Source: Patescibacteria group bacterium (GTDB lineage: Bacteria > Patescibacteriota > Minisyncoccia > RBG-13-40-8-A). From it: DNA of 64,000 bases. The translations under genes were made by a program, and so were the position numbers. The stretch is from NCBI GenBank assembly GCA_043807255.1, contig JAZDGD010000007.1, positions 17,069 to 81,068 of the forward strand, in the 5' to 3' direction. Below are positions 37,433 to 46,386 of the stretch, piece by piece; position 1 is the first letter of the stretch; each line of letters starts with the position of its first letter. A model generated the notes under the pieces. It saw only the letters and a list, made by a program, of their open reading frames with translations. It made no database searches and had not been told where the DNA came from.

Positions 37433-39607
37433 ATGAATCGTAGTCTGAAGTTTGCAGATCAAGGCGAAAAATATATGGATGTGAAAACATTTAAAACAGA
37501 GATCGAAGGAAAAGAACTCTCTGTCGAGTTGGGTAGATTGGCTCAACAAACCAATGGCTCGGCCTTGGTAACGTATGGACAAACCACAGTTTTAGCAACT
37601 GCGGTTCTTTCCAATAAAAAAAGCGAAAAAACCTATTTTCCCCTAACCGTTGATTACGAAGAAAAATTTTACGCAGCGGGAAAAATCAAGGGCAGTCGTT
37701 TCATTAAAAGGGAAGGAAGGCCATCAGATGAAGCGATTTTAACTGGCCGAGTTATTGATAGATCAATCCGACCTCTTTTTAATCAAAAACTAAGAAACGA
37801 TTTACAGGTCGTTTTAACCGTCTTATCATTCGACGGTGAAAATGATCCAGTACTACCAGCGCTAATTGGCGCTTCGGTTGCCCTGTCTATTTCTGACATA
37901 CCATTTAATGGACCAATTGCAGGAATTTCTGCTGGTCAAGATGAAAAAGGAGAATGGATTGTTACTTCAACCTTAAGCGCAAAAGCAAAAACTGGTTCAG
38001 AAATTTTTGCAGCCGGAATCGAAAAAGACAACGATATTCTTTTAAATATGCTTGAAGGACAAGGAATACAGGTTCCAGAAGAGCAAATGCTTGAAGGAAT
38101 CGATGTTGTGAGAAAATATATTAAAAAATTAATTGATTTTCAAAAGGATATCATTAAAGAGGTTAAACCAGTCAAATTAGAATTAACAATCCCAGAAATT
38201 GATGCTGATCTTAAAAAATTAATCGATAAATTTCTTGAAGATAAAATAGAAACAGCAATTTATCATAAAGAAAAACAAGCCAGAGTAAAGCAATTAGAAG
38301 ATATTAATTTGGGAATTGAGGTCTTGATCGAAGAAAAATATCCCGAAGAAACAAAGGGAAAAACCGCAATGGTTATGGATTATCTTGAAGAAAAAATTGA
38401 TGAAATCACTCACATCAACATTCTTAAAAACGACAAGAGACCGGATGGTAGAAAAATGGACGAATTAAGAAAATTAAGCGCCGAAGTAGCAATTCTTCCT
38501 AGATTACACGGTTCGGGATTGTTCCAAAGAGGAGAAACACAAGTATTCTCTGCTGTTACTCTTGGCTCTCCTGGCTCGGAACAAATTTTTGACCAAATGG
38601 AGATTCAAGGCAAAAAAGGATTTATGCATGACTACAACTTTCCCCCATTCTCTGTGGGAGAGGTCGGACGAGTCGGAAATCCTGGCAGACGGGACATTGG
38701 CCATGGTGCATTAGCGGAAAAAGCGTTAATGGCGATTGTCCCTTCAAGAGAAGAATTTCCTTATACGATTAGAGTTGTATCTGAAGTCCTGTCTTCAAAT
38801 GGATCGTCTTCAATGGCATCTGTTTGCGGTTCGACATTAGCATTAATGGATGCCGGTGTTCCAATTAAAGAAAAGGCAGCTGGTATTGCCATGGGGTTAA
38901 TGATGGACCCTTCGACGGGCTCAGGGCAAGCTTTAAAATATAAAGTTTTAACCGATATTCAGGGACCAGAAGATCATTATGGCGACATGGACCTGAAGAT
39001 TGCTGGAACAAAAAATGGAATTAACGCACTTCAAATGGATATTAAAATTGACGGGATACCAATGAATATCTTGAAGGATGCATTTCAACAATCAAAAAGG
39101 GCACGTCTAGAAATTCTTGATGTAATCACAAAAACGATCGACGTACCTCGTGCAGAATTATCAACTTTTGCTCCTCGCGTTTATTCGATAAAAATCAATC
39201 CTGCCAAAATAGGATTAGTGATTGGTTCTGGCGGAAAAACAATTAATGAACTTTCCACAGAAACCGGAGCGACCATTGAAATCGAAGAAGATGGAACAAT
39301 CTTTGTTACCTGCAATGATGCTGATGGCGCAAAGCGAGCAATCAACAGGATTGAATCAATGACCAGGGAAGCAAAAGTAGATGAAGAATTTGAAGGAACG
39401 GTTGTTAAGGTTATGGAGTTCGGCGCATTTGTAGAATTGTTTCCCGGACAAGATGGATTGCTCCACATTTCCGAACTTTCGAACAAAAGAGTTGATAGGG
39501 TTGAAGACATAGTTAGACAAGGCGATATTGTTCATGTTAAAGTTAAGAAAGTGGACGATAGTGGTAAAATTAGTCTTGGTTTAATAAAAATTATTTCAAA
39601 AAAATAA
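37433..39607 (+). CDS. pnp: polynucleotide phosphorylase. The start may be the downstream Met at 37476. Carries an in-frame insertion DPSTGSGQALK encoded by a repeat element (38908-38926)
   Basis: Two RNase PH domains, KH and S1. VLTDIQGPEDHYGDMD. Confidence 0.9.
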   Translation: MNRSLKFADQGEKYMDVKTFKTEIEGKELSVELGRLAQQTNGSALVTYGQTTVLATAVLSNKKSEKTYFPLTVDYEEKFYAAGKIKGSRFIKREGRPSDEAILTGRVIDRSIRPLFNQKLRNDLQVVLTVLSFDGENDPVLPALIGASVALSISDIPFNGPIAGISAGQDEKGEWIVTSTLSAKAKTGSEIFAAGIEKDNDILLNMLEGQGIQVPEEQMLEGIDVVRKYIKKLIDFQKDIIKEVKPVKLELTIPEIDADLKKLIDKFLEDKIETAIYHKEKQARVKQLEDINLGIEVLIEEKYPEETKGKTAMVMDYLEEKIDEITHINILKNDKRPDGRKMDELRKLSAEVAILPRLHGSGLFQRGETQVFSAVTLGSPGSEQIFDQMEIQGKKGFMHDYNFPPFSVGEVGRVGNPGRRDIGHGALAEKALMAIVPSREEFPYTIRVVSEVLSSNGSSSMASVCGSTLALMDAGVPIKEKAAGIAMGLMMDPSTGSGQALKYKVLTDIQGPEDHYGDMDLKIAGTKNGINALQMDIKIDGIPMNILKDAFQQSKRARLEILDVITKTIDVPRAELSTFAPRVYSIKINPAKIGLVIGSGGKTINELSTETGATIEIEEDGTIFVTCNDADGAKRAINRIESMTREAKVDEEFEGTVVKVMEFGAFVELFPGQDGLLHISELSNKRVDRVEDIVRQGDIVHVKVKKVDDSGKISLGLIKIISKK

Positions 39608-39611
39608 TAAT

Positions 39612-40775
39612 ATGGCACAACAAAATAACGATCCAATTAATTCCTTGCCCGAATACGAAGTAAGGACGATGCAAGACGACTTAAATAAGATAGAAGGAAA
39701 AACGGTAGAACCAAAATTGGTGAACCTAAAAGTACCCGAAATACAGGTTCCAAAACCAATTATCAAAAAAGAAGAAAAGATACCTGAACCGCCAAAAGAA
39801 TTACCAATAATTGAAGAAGCCAAAGAAACACTGAAAACACCCCTATCGGAAGAAATCGACAATATTCTTAATGCATCGAAACTCAAATCCGAGACCAAGC
39901 CAGAAATTAAAATACCAGAGACCAAAAAATCCTCATTGCCAGATATCGAGGATTTTATTGTACCCGTACCCCCGCCTGCGCCCACGCCAACAGCCACCCC
40001 CATTCCTCCACCAATAAAGCCAATCACAAAAAAAACAATTAAACCAATCACACAAGAAAGCAATGAAATAGAAACAACGATTAAGGCACACAAGACAAAA
40101 AAAATATTAATCATTTTAGGGATAATTGTTATCATTGTCATCGTCATCAATCTGATAGGATACTTGATAATTTCAAAAATAAAAAAACAAGAACCAAATC
40201 CTTTGCCAATTGATAATCAGCCAGAAATTTCTATGTCATTAATTAGGGTTGATGAAACAAAAATTTTTAAAATAGAAAACAACTCTTCTTTGATTGATAT
40301 GTTAATTAATGAAGAAAATTCTGGCCAACCAGAAAAAACTCTAAAAAGAATTGTGCCTACAAAAATTAGTGGCAACGCTCTTTCATTAAATGAATTGACC
40401 CAAGAATTACGGATTTATATTCCCCCATACACGCTTGCGGAACTAAAAAATAATTATACACTTGTTACATATAAACAAGGCGAACAGCAAAGGATTGGAT
40501 TGATCGTAGAAATAAACAATTTAGAAGGATTTATTGAGAAATCGAAATCGTGGGAAAAAACAATGCCCTGGAATTTCCAAGGCATATTCTTAAACCATCA
40601 ACCAAACAATTTAACTACAAATGGCTTTTCTGATAATAAATATAACGAAACAAACATCCGCATTGTCGATCTCTCTGTCCCAGAATTGTCCCTTGACTAC
40701 GCGATCAAAAATAATCTATTTTTAATGTCTACGAGCAGAGAATCAATATACAACATTATCGATAGATTAAAATAA
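39612..40775 (+). CDS. hypothetical single-pass membrane protein with a Pro-rich N-terminal region
   Basis: ORF plus TM. Confidence 0.45.
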   Translation: MAQQNNDPINSLPEYEVRTMQDDLNKIEGKTVEPKLVNLKVPEIQVPKPIIKKEEKIPEPPKELPIIEEAKETLKTPLSEEIDNILNASKLKSETKPEIKIPETKKSSLPDIEDFIVPVPPPAPTPTATPIPPPIKPITKKTIKPITQESNEIETTIKAHKTKKILIILGIIVIIVIVINLIGYLIISKIKKQEPNPLPIDNQPEISMSLIRVDETKIFKIENNSSLIDMLINEENSGQPEKTLKRIVPTKISGNALSLNELTQELRIYIPPYTLAELKNNYTLVTYKQGEQQRIGLIVEINNLEGFIEKSKSWEKTMPWNFQGIFLNHQPNNLTTNGFSDNKYNETNIRIVDLSVPELSLDYAIKNNLFLMSTSRESIYNIIDRLK

Positions 40776-40971
40776 GGAAGTGGTTTACCGCGAGCGAAGC
40801 ACCTTTGGTGCTGAGTCGAGTGGGGATAACTTGTTTAAAACATAATTTTAGGAAAACAAAACTCATCGATGTCAAGGGCGAAAATACTATATTTTAGCTC
40901 TAAAAACACAAGATTGTCTCAAAACCTTGATATTGACGAAATCATTAAAACTTATCCACAACCAGAATAAC

Positions 40972-42507
40972 ATGAATAAAGTTTATTCAGCTGCAACAAC
41001 GGGATTAGACGCCGAACTCATTGAGGTGGAGGCAGATTTATCTTCTGGCCTCCGCTTTTTTAGTATCGTTGGCCTTCCCGACAAATCAGTTGAAGAGTCC
41101 AAGGAAAGAATTGCTGCGGCCATAAAAAATAGTGGAGCCGAACCTCCGCATAAACAAAATAAACGCGTAATTATCAACTTGGCACCTGCCGATTTAAGAA
41201 AAGAGGGTTCGGGATATGACCTACCAATTGCTTTAAGTTTTTTATTGTCATCCCAACAAATAGAATTTGATGCTGAAGACAAAATTTTTGTTGGCGAGCT
41301 TGCCTTAAATGGCGAAGTAAGGAGAGTTAATGGGGTTTTACCAATTTGTTTGGCAGCAAAAGAAAAAGGAATTAAAAATGTTTTTGTCCCAAAGTCAAAC
41401 AGCAATGAAGCACGATTAGTGAAAGATATTAACGTCTATCCTGTTGAATCTTTGGCGGAATTAATCGGATTTTTAGAAAATAGAATTGAAATCAAAGCGT
41501 TAGAACCATTTGATGAAAATTTCTTGGAAGGATTTGAAACTGCATTTCCATCAACAGTAGATATGGCATACATTAAGGGCCAGGAAAACGCTAAACGAGC
41601 ATTAGAAATTGCAGCTAGCGGAAATCATAATATCATTATGACCGGCCCACCTGGGTCTGGAAAAACTTTATTGGCCAAAGCAATTCCCACTATTCTACCG
41701 AGAATGGCATGGAGTGAGGTTTTAGAGGTGACTAAAATTTATAGTGTTTCGGGAAAATTATCCCATAAAAAACCATTCATCCACCAAAGACCATTTCGCT
41801 CTCCCCACCATAGCGCGTCAGAAGCAAGTATGATTGGAGGCGGGGGATTTGCAAGACCAGGAGAAATAACTTTAGCACATCGGGGAGTTCTATTTATTGA
41901 TGAATTTCCAGAAATACATCGTGATGTCTTGGAAAGTTTAAGGCAACCGCTTGAAGATGGAGTTGTGCATATTTCTAGGGCAAAGGCGAGTTATAGTTTT
42001 CCTTCAAGATTTATTTTGGTCGCGGCGATGAACCCCTGTCCTTGCGGATATTATGGCGACCCAGAGAAACAATGCACCTGCAATCAACAACAAATCGGCA
42101 AATATCAGCGCAGAATTTCTGGACCAATTATGGATAGAATTGATTTATATGTTGAAGTGCCACACGTTAAATATGGAAAATTAACCGATGAATCGGTTGA
42201 GGGTTCGAGCGAAGAAATTCGAGAAAAGGTGGAAAAGGCAAGGAAAATTCAATTGGAAAGATTTAAAGATGATAATATTGTTACTAATTCAGAAATGAAC
42301 ATCCCTTTAGTTAAAAAGCATTGCCAGACCGATGAGCAAGGCGAAATGTTATTAAAAAATGCAGTAAATAATCTGCATATGTCTGCGCGTGGATATCATC
42401 GCATTCTTAAGCTCGCCCGCACAATCGCCGATCTCGCCGACATGCCCAATATCACCCACATCCACATCGCCGAAGCATTGCAATATAGACCAAAGATGGA
42501 AATATAG
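40972..42507 (+). CDS. comM: Mg-chelatase-like AAA ATPase YifB/ComM. The track's TTG at 40927 is probably not the start
   Basis: GPPGSGKT and a C-terminal YRPK motif; collinear over about 510 aa. Confidence 0.85.
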   Translation: MNKVYSAATTGLDAELIEVEADLSSGLRFFSIVGLPDKSVEESKERIAAAIKNSGAEPPHKQNKRVIINLAPADLRKEGSGYDLPIALSFLLSSQQIEFDAEDKIFVGELALNGEVRRVNGVLPICLAAKEKGIKNVFVPKSNSNEARLVKDINVYPVESLAELIGFLENRIEIKALEPFDENFLEGFETAFPSTVDMAYIKGQENAKRALEIAASGNHNIIMTGPPGSGKTLLAKAIPTILPRMAWSEVLEVTKIYSVSGKLSHKKPFIHQRPFRSPHHSASEASMIGGGGFARPGEITLAHRGVLFIDEFPEIHRDVLESLRQPLEDGVVHISRAKASYSFPSRFILVAAMNPCPCGYYGDPEKQCTCNQQQIGKYQRRISGPIMDRIDLYVEVPHVKYGKLTDESVEGSSEEIREKVEKARKIQLERFKDDNIVTNSEMNIPLVKKHCQTDEQGEMLLKNAVNNLHMSARGYHRILKLARTIADLADMPNITHIHIAEALQYRPKMEI

Positions 42508-42544
42508 TTATCCACAGTATTAACTATTGACAAACATATCTTAT

Positions 42545-42922
42545 ATGATATATACTGATTCTAATGAATATAAAGTAAAATTTTTCGTTGATCCCAAAAC
42601 AGGAAAAGATCCAGTTATGAAATACATTAATGATTTAGACGAAAAACAGAAAGCAAAAGTTTCTAGATTTATCGAATTTTTAAGACAACACGAAGGCGTA
42701 TTAGATGAGCCATACTCAAAACACATTAAAGGCAAAATTCGCGAATTAAGGATTGATTTTGGCAAAAATAGACACAGAATCTTCTATTTTACGTTCATCA
42801 ACAAGAACATCATATTGCTCCACGCATTTTTAAAGCATACGCAAAAAACTCCTGAAACTGAGATAAAAATCGCTGAAAATAATTATAATATTGTAATTAA
42901 TAATCCAAAATTTTATGAATAA
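42545..42922 (+). CDS. higB: HigB/Gp49-like (RelE/ParE superfamily) toxin. Start uncertain: alternatives are 42617 or the TTG at 42527, which is more likely a -35 hexamer
   Basis: IRELRIDFGKNRHRIFYF ... LLHAFLK, similar to Gp49/HigB-2. Confidence 0.6.
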   Translation: MIYTDSNEYKVKFFVDPKTGKDPVMKYINDLDEKQKAKVSRFIEFLRQHEGVLDEPYSKHIKGKIRELRIDFGKNRHRIFYFTFINKNIILLHAFLKHTQKTPETEIKIAENNYNIVINNPKFYE

Positions 42923-43205
42923 AAAAATAAAAGCAAGAGATTTTCAAAAATACCTTGCTCAACAATTAAAAAATCCCGAATTCAAGAGACACTACGATGA
43001 TTACGGCAAACAATTAGAAATTGCTTACCAGATTTTGAAGTTGCGAAAACAGAGAAATATGTCCCAGTTACAATTAGCCAGAAAGATTAAAACCAAGCAA
43101 AGCAATATCGCCCGAATCGAAGCTGGCAAACAAAATCTTAGCATTCAAACCCTCGACAGCATCGCCCGCGCATTAAACAGCAATTTTACAGTCAACTTTT
43201 CGTAA
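42915..43205 (+). CDS. higA: HTH XRE-family antitoxin (HigA-like)
   Basis: HTH (LRKQRNMSQLQLARKIKTKQSNIARIE). Overlaps the toxin stop. Confidence 0.65.
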   Translation: MNKKIKARDFQKYLAQQLKNPEFKRHYDDYGKQLEIAYQILKLRKQRNMSQLQLARKIKTKQSNIARIEAGKQNLSIQTLDSIARALNSNFTVNFS

Positions 43206-43317
43206 AATCCACATCGCCGAAGCGTTGCAATATAGACCGAAGATGGAGGTATGATAAAATTTTCAATTTTCAATTTCTAATTTACAATGAATTTTTAATG
43301 ATTAAATTTTCAAACCC

Positions 43318-43455
43318 ATGACCAAGAAAATAAAAGCAAGAGATTTCCAAAAATATCTTGCCGAACAATTAAAAAATCCTGAATTTAAGAAACATTACGA
43401 TAAATTCGGCAAAAAATTAAGGCAGAATTATAAAAAAAGCGAAATACATGATTAA
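43318..43455 (+). pseudogene. truncated second copy of the HigA-like antitoxin (N-terminal 45 codons only)
   Basis: MTKKIKARDFQKYLAEQLKNPEFKKHYD, against MNKKIKARDFQKYLAQQLKNPEFKRHYD in the intact copy. Confidence 0.55.
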
Positions 43456-43900
43456 AACATGGCCATTGGGATACAAAGAAGCTAGGCGTAGGGCTAAAAA
43501 GATTTATTCTAAGATAGGAAGGATACAATGCCCTTGTTTAGATAACGAATACATATCATTTAATAGAGACGGATTTGATCATTTAGTATACAAGGGTCGT
43601 ATTTCTAGAACAAAAAATGAACAGAAAAAACGATTTGTCCTAATAGAATATGCTGAGCAAATAATTAAACAATCTACATCTTATAGTTACGAGGAAAGGG
43701 AGATGGAACGTAAAATATTAAATAAATATCGACAGAGGATTCTTGTTAAGTCTAAAGCACGATTCTGGACTTTTTCTCTGTCAATAAAGGGTTGCGAAGT
43801 AAAGCTCGTTGTAATACAAATCGGCGAAGGATTCAAAAGATTTTGTAGCATCATGGGAGATAAAGTAAAAATAAGTCGCGGAAAAACAAAAACCCCCTAA
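43448..43900 (+). CDS. hypothetical protein (150 aa)
   Basis: ORF. A terminator hairpin at 43888-43915 follows. Confidence 0.4.
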   Translation: MIKTWPLGYKEARRRAKKIYSKIGRIQCPCLDNEYISFNRDGFDHLVYKGRISRTKNEQKKRFVLIEYAEQIIKQSTSYSYEEREMERKILNKYRQRILVKSKARFWTFSLSIKGCEVKLVVIQIGEGFKRFCSIMGDKVKISRGKTKTP

Positions 43901-44133
43901 AATAAGAGGGGTTTTGGTGTGCCTGCCATCAGCTTTGATGCCGATTGGAGTCTAAACGACTCCGCAAGCACACTATAATCATAGTTTATGAAAAATATCG
44001 TGTCAAGCCCTTGTACTGGATCTGAAATTTCAGTCTTTAAATTAAATCTTAACCATTTGACTCTTAGGGCAAAACACTTGCTGATTCTAATTTTTAGGAT
44101 TATGATCTGGGCATAAGAATTAAATATAAATTT

Positions 44134-44508
44134 ATGTGGAACATTATTCGCTACATCTTGGAAGTTGCTCTGGGATTTTCAGCTATTTATTTCTATATAG
44201 AAAACAGAAGGCTCAAAGGATTTGAAATTGAAAGAGATATTGATCTTAAAGAAATAGAACTTGATGAATTAAATCGTCAATATTTAAAGGAAACAGGAGA
44301 CGAAATAAATCGTCTCGAAAAAGGACTCGGGGGACATTGGGGAATATCAATGGATGGTGCTGTAGATATCGGGTTAAAGAATAAATACGATATAAAAATT
44401 AAAAAAGTGAATGCCGAAAAAGAATACTTATATAAACTCCGGGATTACAGATGGATTTTTAGTAGACCCAAAAAACAACAAATAAATCTATGGAAAGTAA
44501 AAAAATAA
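44134..44508 (+). CDS. hypothetical protein with an N-terminal TM and a coiled-coil
   Basis: ORF only. Confidence 0.4.
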   Translation: MWNIIRYILEVALGFSAIYFYIENRRLKGFEIERDIDLKEIELDELNRQYLKETGDEINRLEKGLGGHWGISMDGAVDIGLKNKYDIKIKKVNAEKEYLYKLRDYRWIFSRPKKQQINLWKVKK

Positions 44509-44512
44509 ATTT

Positions 44513-44905
44513 ATGACACTTGAAGAAGCGGATAAAATTTTTAAAGTTTGGAAAGAATATGTTTACCCAATAGATTGGTTCTTGAGTTCCGCTTTTTTCT
44601 GTAGTTCTATCCCAGAATCGTTCTTGCCATACCCAATAGATGTTCTCTGGGAAGCATTAGATATTGTTGCTAAACATTATTGGGACATGGGAGATCGTAA
44701 ATATAGCAAAATCGTACAGGAGGCAACGGGTTTATTGGGAGGTTATCAAAAAGATGATGAAGCAATCGATGATATGATAGAAAAATACAAAAGCCGTCTT
44801 ACTAAGCCCGAATGGAGAGAAATTTATATCAAAAGCATCAAAGCAAGTGTAAAGAATTGGATGGATTGGATAGAAAGAGGCAAACAACCACTAGGAGAAA
44901 AATAA
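44513..44905 (+). CDS. hypothetical protein (130 aa)
   Basis: ORF only. Confidence 0.4.
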   Translation: MTLEEADKIFKVWKEYVYPIDWFLSSAFFCSSIPESFLPYPIDVLWEALDIVAKHYWDMGDRKYSKIVQEATGLLGGYQKDDEAIDDMIEKYKSRLTKPEWREIYIKSIKASVKNWMDWIERGKQPLGEK

Positions 44906-44913
44906 ATAAATCC

Positions 44914-45486
44914 ATGGAGCCAGAAAAAAAATTTAAAGAAGAACTGATTAAAGATCTGAATCTTCTTAATTCGAATTGGATTGATGGAGACGAAGAGAGT
45001 GGCTCGAAGAAGAAAGCCGATATAGTAAATCACTCGTTAAAAATAGCCATAGAGATTAAAGATGATACAAATTACAGGATAGCATTTGCGACGGAACCAG
45101 GAGTAATGACTGGACAAGGCATCGACATGGAAAAAATGAATCAAAGATTTAGCGACCACATAAAGTCGGCAGATAATAAGTTCAAAGAATATTCCGACTA
45201 CAAAACAATTCTTATTTTAAGAACGGAGTTTCTCTTAGAAAAAATCATTGGATATGCCATAGAGGGCTGCCACTCATATTTGCTACAAGATAGAAAATTA
45301 ATATATGCGGGCAGAAGAAAAAAATACTCCAAATATTGTGGACGTGAAATAGGTTGCTTTCTCATATTTATCAATAGAGAAAAATATTATCTTTCAAATA
45401 ACCTGGCAAAAGACAATAGAATTGTTCTGAAAAATGACGCGGAGAGTATTTTGGGACTTGCCCTCAATGACGTGCCAGCGATCTAG
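44914..45486 (+). CDS. hypothetical protein with a PD-(D/E)xK-like motif (ADIV...IAIEIKDD). The start is taken at MEPEKKF rather than the track's 44812
   Basis: D-x12-E-I-K arrangement. Sits in a putative island context. Confidence 0.35.
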   Translation: MEPEKKFKEELIKDLNLLNSNWIDGDEESGSKKKADIVNHSLKIAIEIKDDTNYRIAFATEPGVMTGQGIDMEKMNQRFSDHIKSADNKFKEYSDYKTILILRTEFLLEKIIGYAIEGCHSYLLQDRKLIYAGRRKKYSKYCGREIGCFLIFINREKYYLSNNLAKDNRIVLKNDAESILGLALNDVPAI

Positions 45487-45517
45487 ATAGAAATTTAATG
45501 GAAATATAAAGGACCAC

Positions 45518-45784
45518 TTATCGAGTGGCCCTTTTGAGTTTAACGCAGGGGAAGTAGAATTCGTATCCGGACAACATACGTTCTCCGGTTTTTTCGTTGG
45601 TACAAATGTCTTCCAATAAGCACAAGGCGCAGGCAATAAATCCTTCTCCGACGAATTTACTGTCTCCGTATTTTACAAATATAACCTCCTTACCCACAAA
45701 ACATTCTCTTGCTTCGAAATGAAATGCTCCCCCTCCCAGTTCGACAATTTCGCATTTGTCCCCAGGATTAAAAATTTTTTGCAT
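45518..45784 (-). CDS. small Cys-rich hypothetical protein (88 aa). The start is reassigned to the Met that has a GGAGG SD
   Basis: SD GGAGG lies 6 nt upstream. The track's upstream 25 codons are encoded by the palindromic operator. Confidence 0.45.
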   Translation of the reverse strand: MQKIFNPGDKCEIVELGGGAFHFEARECFVGKEVIFVKYGDSKFVGEGFIACALCLLEDICTNEKTGERMLSGYEFYFPCVKLKRATR

Positions 45785-45828
45785 GTGCGCCTCCTTCATT
45801 TCAATATAGCATACGATAATAGACACGC

Positions 45829-45863
45829 ATAGATGTACGGAGAACTGTTCTCCGTACATCTAT
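45829..45863. promoter_or_regulatory. perfect 16-bp inverted repeat with a 3-nt spacer (ATAGATGTACGGAGAA ctg TTCTCCGTACATCTAT) upstream of the small Cys-rich gene; putative operator
   Basis: Read directly from the sequence. Confidence 0.55.
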
Positions 45864-45873
45864 AATTAAATTA

Positions 45874-45902
45874 AAAATGTGGCGGGACAGGGTCCCGCCA
45901 CG
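45874..45902 (-). terminator. intrinsic terminator for 45918..46334 (GTGGCGGGACCCTGTCCCGCCAC plus a T-run on the minus strand)
   Basis: GC hairpin plus TTTTT. Confidence 0.6.
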
Positions 45903-45917
45903 ATCACTTTCTGCCCT

Positions 45918-46334
45918 TTATTGGGGCATTTTCTCGAAATGGTATGCGCAATAACCGTTACCGCGATCTATCTCGCAGAACCTCCAGCCATAATCGAAAA
46001 TGATATCGAGTTCTTTTGCTCCCAGCACACGATGGTCGTAGATGGCGTAATGTCTTCCAATTTCCATCTTTTTCTGGGTCTCGTTCCACCAAGCTTCGTC
46101 ACTGATTTCCTCGACTTCTTCCAGATTCGTTTCTGCTTGCAATTCTTCTTCTGAAGTCGCGCCGGAAACAGCAGGCACGGATGTCTTTAAATGCCTTCTG
46201 ATTCGGCGCATTGCCGTCATGACAACCAACAAAACAAAAAAACCAAAAACAAGGACCATCCACCCAAATGTGCTCATCTTCATCCTCCTAGTGTACATAT
46301 TTGCAGATTGATTCCGCAAATAACAATATATCAT
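45918..46334 (-). CDS. hypothetical membrane-anchored protein. The start is uncertain; MSTFGW at 46277 is more plausible
   Basis: ORF plus TM. Confidence 0.4.
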   Translation of the reverse strand: MIYCYLRNQSANMYTRRMKMSTFGWMVLVFGFFVLLVVMTAMRRIRRHLKTSVPAVSGATSEEELQAETNLEEVEEISDEAWWNETQKKMEIGRHYAIYDHRVLGAKELDIIFDYGWRFCEIDRGNGYCAYHFEKMPQ

Positions 46335-46355
46335 ATGGCTAGTTTTTTGTCAATT

Positions 46356-46386
46356 AAAAAATCCCCTGCAGTTGCGGGGGATTTTT
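46356..46386. terminator. bidirectional terminator (AAAAAATCCCCTGCAGTTGCGGGGGATTTTT)
   Basis: Perfect hairpin with A and T runs. Confidence 0.7.

Noticed and set aside
39596-40150. 184-aa minus-strand ORF overlapping 39612..40775
   Set aside because: The Gly/Ile-rich low-complexity translation mirrors the Pro-rich coding strand, so it is spurious.
30353-42517. The four TTATCCACA DnaA boxes as a replication origin
   Set aside because: They are dispersed over 12 kb as single boxes at promoters. There is no box cluster, AT-rich DUE or dnaA/dnaN nearby. Transcriptional regulation is the more parsimonious reading.
42527-42544. TTG start of the higB-like ORF at 42527
   Set aside because: The TTGACA here is positioned exactly like the -35 hexamers at 30374 and 34232 relative to the shared 12-mer. 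A downstream ATG is the more plausible start.
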